Shown one piece after another: positions 58,507-64,000 of a stretch of 64,000 bases of DNA. Below the pieces are notes generated by a model that saw only the letters and a program-made list of their open reading frames with translations, was not told the DNA's origin and ran no database searches. Source of the DNA: Eledone cirrhosa (lineage: Eukaryota); assembly GCA_964016885.1 (NCBI GenBank), contig OZ024743.1, positions 284,084,001 to 284,148,000 of the forward strand, written 5' to 3'. How positions within the stretch are numbered: position 1 is the first letter of the stretch; each line of letters opens with the position of its first letter. A program made the translations under genes and the position numbers.

Positions 58507-58725
58507 ATATATATATATATGTATATATATATATGTATATATATATAATATATATATATATGTATATATATATATGTATATATATATAATATATATATAT
58601 GTATATATATATAATATATATATATAATATATATATATAATATATATATATATGTATATATATATAATATATATATAATATATATATATAATATATATAT
58701 GTATATATATATATATGTATATATA

Positions 58726-58758
<33 letters not shown>

Positions 58759-58826
58759 ATATATATATATAATATATATATATAATATATATATATATGT
58801 ATATATATATAATATATATATATAAT

Positions 58827-59144
<318 letters not shown>

Positions 59145-59244
59145 TATATATGTATATATATATAATATATATATGTATATAATATATATATGTATATATA
59201 TATAATATATATATATATGTATATATATAATATATATATATATA

Positions 59245-59299
<55 letters not shown>

Positions 59300-59379
59300 A
59301 ATATAATATATATATATATATAACATATATATATATATATAATATATATATATATATATAATATATATATATATATATA

Positions 59380-59430
<51 letters not shown>

Positions 59431-59820
59431 ATGCTTGCACTATTTTTAATGCTTATATCATTTCTCCACACACAGACTATAACAATCATATAAAGAATTT
59501 GCCACCAGATCAACCAACCTAACACTCTTGTTTACCTACCTAAGTGCTTCTACTAAACGTAACACTCCGCCACACTATATAAACAAGACGCACGTGCTTG
59601 CCACATATATAACATTTGCACTATATAACCGCTTATTTTCATGTTGTATTTTAACCTGTATTTTTGATTTTTGATTGTACCTTTTAATATGAATGTAATC
59701 TCTAAGTGTGTACTGCCACTCTAAATGCTGTAATGAATGTTGACCCACAATATTTGCATATGTATCTGTTTGTCTCTTGGGTGAAAAGGAGGTCATATAA
59801 CTGTCCATTCATTAATAAAT

Positions 59821-59867
59821 TGCTCCGAAGAATCCAAACCTCGGTTTGGAGGAAACAGTTGTAAGCA
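59821..59867 (+). ncRNA. Minimal type I hammerhead motif with U4C core change
   Basis: TGCT-CCGAAGA-A TCCAAACC TC GGTTTGGA G-GAAA-CAGTTG-TA|AGCA, in a TA-flanked cassette at 59428-59908. Confidence 0.72.
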
Positions 59868-59927
59868 CAAAAATGTTTTGAACAGTTCTTTGATTCTTAT
59901 ATTTCATATATTATATATATATTTATA

Positions 59928-60014
<87 letters not shown>

Positions 60015-60031
60015 ATATATATAATATATAT

Positions 60032-60107
<76 letters not shown>

Positions 60108-60115
60108 ATATATAT

Positions 60116-60147
<32 letters not shown>

Positions 60148-60219
60148 ATATATATATATATTATATATATATATATATATAATATATATATATATATATA
60201 ATATTATATATATATATTG

Positions 60220-60257
<38 letters not shown>

Positions 60258-60258
<1 letters not shown>

Positions 60259-61567
60259 CATCATCATCATCATCATCAACGTTTAACGTCCGTGTTCCAC
60301 GCTTGCATGGGTTTGGACGGGGGTAGTCCCACTTGAGGCAAGAGTGATTGTCTTGCTCGCATAGGACTGTCTGGCAGGTTTTCTACAGTTGGATGCCCTT
60401 CCTAACACCAACCACATTTACAGTGTGGGTCTGGGAGGTTTTTACCGTGTTGCCTACACGGCCACATTACAGCGTGGACTGTGTGTTTTTTTGTCGTGAC
60501 ACCTACACGATCTCATTTGTTTCGGCCTCGATGGCGCGGCACCAACATAACTTTACATAGAACGGGGTGGTGTGGATCGGGTGGGGGTGGAGGTGGTGGG
60601 ACGGGGTGTATTTTGTTAGAGATGCCTACTGGCTGGAGTAGGTTTTACTATATATTTAGGTAAGGCGGGTCTTCTCTGTTACTGAGTACCGCCAAAGGTC
60701 TCGGTCCAGTGACATTGTCTTGGAGAGGTGTAAGTGTGTGATGTCGGAGTTTATCAGCTCGTCCCAGGTTTTTCTAGGTCTGCCTATTCCGTGACTACCG
60801 TCTATCTTTATTGCCCTGCACTTTGTTATACAGCTATCGACTTTCATGCGCATCACGTGTCCATACCAACGTAGCCTTCTCTCGAGTAAACAACATCTGA
60901 TCCCTCTTATCTCTAATTTATTCCTTAGTTCGTTTATGCTTTGCCGTTCACGTATATTACTGTTACACATCCAGCGGAGCATGCAAGCTTAGTTCCTCTC
61001 TAGTCTGCGTATATCCTCTGCACACAATGCCCAGGTCTCACTGCCATGCAGCATTGCTGTTCGTATGCAGGCATCGTACAACCTGCCTTTCATTTTTAGT
61101 GAGAACCCTTTAGCAGCTAATAGTGGTATAAGCTCTCTGAACTTTTTCCAACCAGTTCTGACTCTAGCTACAGTACTTTCAGAGCACCCTCCCCCACTGC
61201 TGATTTTATCGCCCAGGTAACGGAAGCTGTCCACTATTTCTATAGAACCCTCTGCGCAATTGAAAGAGCTAGTAGTTTGTGGGCACTTGCTGCTACTTAT
61301 TGCACCAGAGCACCGGCCACATGTAAAATCTATGTTCTTAGTTAGCTTACCTGTGATCCCACTACATCTTTTATGCACCCATACTTTGCATTTAGGACAT
61401 AAAATGGAGTTTCTACCTACGCCTTTCCTACACACCGAGCACGACCATTTCCCCGAAGGGACCGCCGCCTTGTTTTCTTTCCTACAAACTAGTACTTTGG
61501 TCTTAGCCAGGTTAATTTTAAGTCCTTTTGACTCTAGGCCGTGCTTCCATGTTTGGAATTTCTTCTA
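60258..61567 (-). mobile_element. RTE LINE 3' portion (family A)
   Basis: CSVCRKGVG...VDSFRYLG...LHGSETW...RRLRWYGHV, 3' UTR and (GAT)n tail. Confidence 0.94.
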
Positions 61568-61689
61568 ATATATATATATATATATTATATATATATACAT
61601 ATATATATATTATATATATATATATATATTATATATATATACATATATATATATATACATATATATATATTATATATATATATATATAT

Positions 61690-61762
<73 letters not shown>

Positions 61763-61973
61763 CATATATATATATTATATATATATACATATATATATAT
61801 ACATATAATATGTTGAGAAGGTAACACACCAGAGAGAGAGATATAGTGCGTTATCAATAATACAGGGAAAAAACCACCAGTGTATGGAATCTATAACCTA
61901 TGAAAGGCAGACTATAGACACGATAATTAAAAATATAAATTAAAGCGTAAATAAATACCTCTATAACTATATA

Positions 61974-62054
61974 ACACACGTACAAATCCAAAGATATGTT
62001 TCACCAGAAAATTTGTTGAAAGAAATGGTCTAGTCTCGGTTCATCAGCGTGTGT
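61974..62054 (-). ncRNA. Type I hammerhead ribozyme with full stem III
   Basis: ACACACG-CTGATGA-[ACCGAGA...TCTGGT]-GAAA-CA T ATC TTTG GAT T TG-TA|CGTGTGT; 7-bp stem I, GUA site; cassette 61810-62275 ends in a 20-bp palindrome. Confidence 0.88.
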
Positions 62055-62279
62055 AAGGCCATACATTTCAGACAACACTAAGAGAATTTTACAATTGACT
62101 GTCCAGCTACACGTGGGAGAGAGAAGTCACAGCGTGTTTAAGGGCAGTGAACCAGTGGCCTCTGAGAGACGAACTGCTAGAAAGGGCAGCCCAAAGCCAC
62201 TCAGAGAAGTGTGCTCAACCAAACAGATATAGGAAAGACTATTGTTAGGAGCGAAATATCACGATATCGTGATATATAT

Positions 62280-62374
<95 letters not shown>

Positions 62375-62412
62375 ATATATAATATATAATATTTTTATTG
62401 CCCTGCACTTTT

Positions 62413-62612
62413 NNNNNNNNNNNNNNNNNNNNNNNNNNNNNNNNNNNNNNNNNNNNNNNNNNNNNNNNNNNNNNNNNNNNNNNNNNNNNNNNNNNNNNNN
62501 NNNNNNNNNNNNNNNNNNNNNNNNNNNNNNNNNNNNNNNNNNNNNNNNNNNNNNNNNNNNNNNNNNNNNNNNNNNNNNNNNNNNNNNNNNNNNNNNNNNN
62601 NNNNNNNNNNNN
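62413..62612. other. Assembly gap (200 N)
   Basis: Run of exactly 200 N, typical of a fixed-size scaffolding gap. Confidence 1.
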
Positions 62613-62900
62613 GTAAAGTTATGTTGGTGCCACAACATCCAGCCCGAAACAAATGAGGTCGTGTAGGTGTCACGACAAAAAAAAACACACAGTCCACGCT
62701 GTAATGTGGCCGTGTAGGCAACATGGTAAAAACCTCCCAGTTCCACACTGTAAATGTGGTTGGTGTTAGGAAGGGCATCCAGCCGTAGAAAACCCGCCAG
62801 ACAGTCCTATGCGAGCAAGACAACCACTCTTGCCTCAAGTGGGAAAACTCCCGTCCAAACCCATGCAAGCGTGGAATATGGACGTTAAACGATGATGATG
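62613..62900 (+). mobile_element. RTE family A 3' UTR
   Basis: Matches 35439-35730; (GAT)n tail. Confidence 0.9.
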
Positions 62901-62976
62901 ATATATATATATATATAATATATTAATATATTATTATTAATATACTATATATATATATATATATAATATATATATG

Positions 62977-63010
<34 letters not shown>

Positions 63011-63047
63011 ATATATATATATAAATATATATATATATAATATATAT

Positions 63048-63240
<193 letters not shown>

Positions 63241-63270
63241 TATATGATGAAAAAAAAAAAGATGATGAAT

Positions 63271-63510
63271 ACAGGACACGTCAAAACAGAAACTGACCAC
63301 ACAAAATTCAAGAAGTCTTTGGACAAATTCCTCCAAGTAATCCCGGACAAACCACCCACAACCGGATATGTCTCCGCAAACAGTAATTCTCTTCTCGAAT
63401 GGGCCATGGTGCCCAAATCCTGAATTGAAAGACTTCGCCAAGTGGTGCTATTAAGTTAGACATGGCCTAGGCCAATACTGGCCAAAACATTTCAAAGTTA
63501 TTCAAAGTTA
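63271..63510 (+). mobile_element. CR1-group LINE 3' end
   Basis: Reverse complement of 38497-38722; terminal TTCAAAGTTA repeat. Confidence 0.9.
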
Positions 63511-63804
63511 TATATATAATATATATATAATATATATATTATATATATATATTATATATAATATATATAATATATATATAATATATATATAATATATATA
63601 ATATATATATATATATTATATATTATATATAATATATATAATATATATATAATATATATATAATATATATAATATATATATATATATTATATATATATAT
63701 TATATATAATATATATATAATATATATAATATATATATAATATATATAATATATATATATATATTATATATATATATTATATATAATATATATATAATAT
63801 ATAT

Positions 63805-63870
<66 letters not shown>

Positions 63871-64000
63871 TAATATATATAATATATATATAATATATAT
63901 ATAATATATATATATATATTATATATATATATATATAATATATATATAATATATATAATATATATATAATATATATATATATATATTATATATATATATA

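Overview
AT-rich animal genomic DNA, probably an octopod (inferred from its SINE/RTE families and (TA)n load). The left end carries four minus-strand exons of an L-type voltage-gated Ca2+ channel alpha-1 gene (Cav1), covering IVS4, IVS5, the S5-P linker and the domain IV pore loop (4198-4320, 2047-2112, 964-1055, <1-65). I found no IVS3 exon, so the rest of the window is probably one intron of at least 58 kb. From 4.3 to 34.8 kb it is ordinary intron with old SINEs, Helitrons and DNA-transposon relics. From about 34.8 kb it becomes a dense nest of LINE fragments and long (TA)n tracts, with a 200-N gap. The main unannotated signal is a cluster of type I hammerhead ribozyme (HHR) motifs from several unrelated sequence families: 8 with an intact canonical core, a family with a conserved non-canonical CAGANGA core, and several mutated copies. 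They sit in short non-coding cassettes flanked by (TA)n, mostly head-to-head inverted repeats, and once in a 456-nt direct repeat that starts at the cleavage site (Penelope-like or retrozyme-like). One cassette splits an RTE LINE with a 21-bp target-site duplication, and that split reveals a (TA)n-bounded inversion. All folds were read by eye; no activity has been shown.
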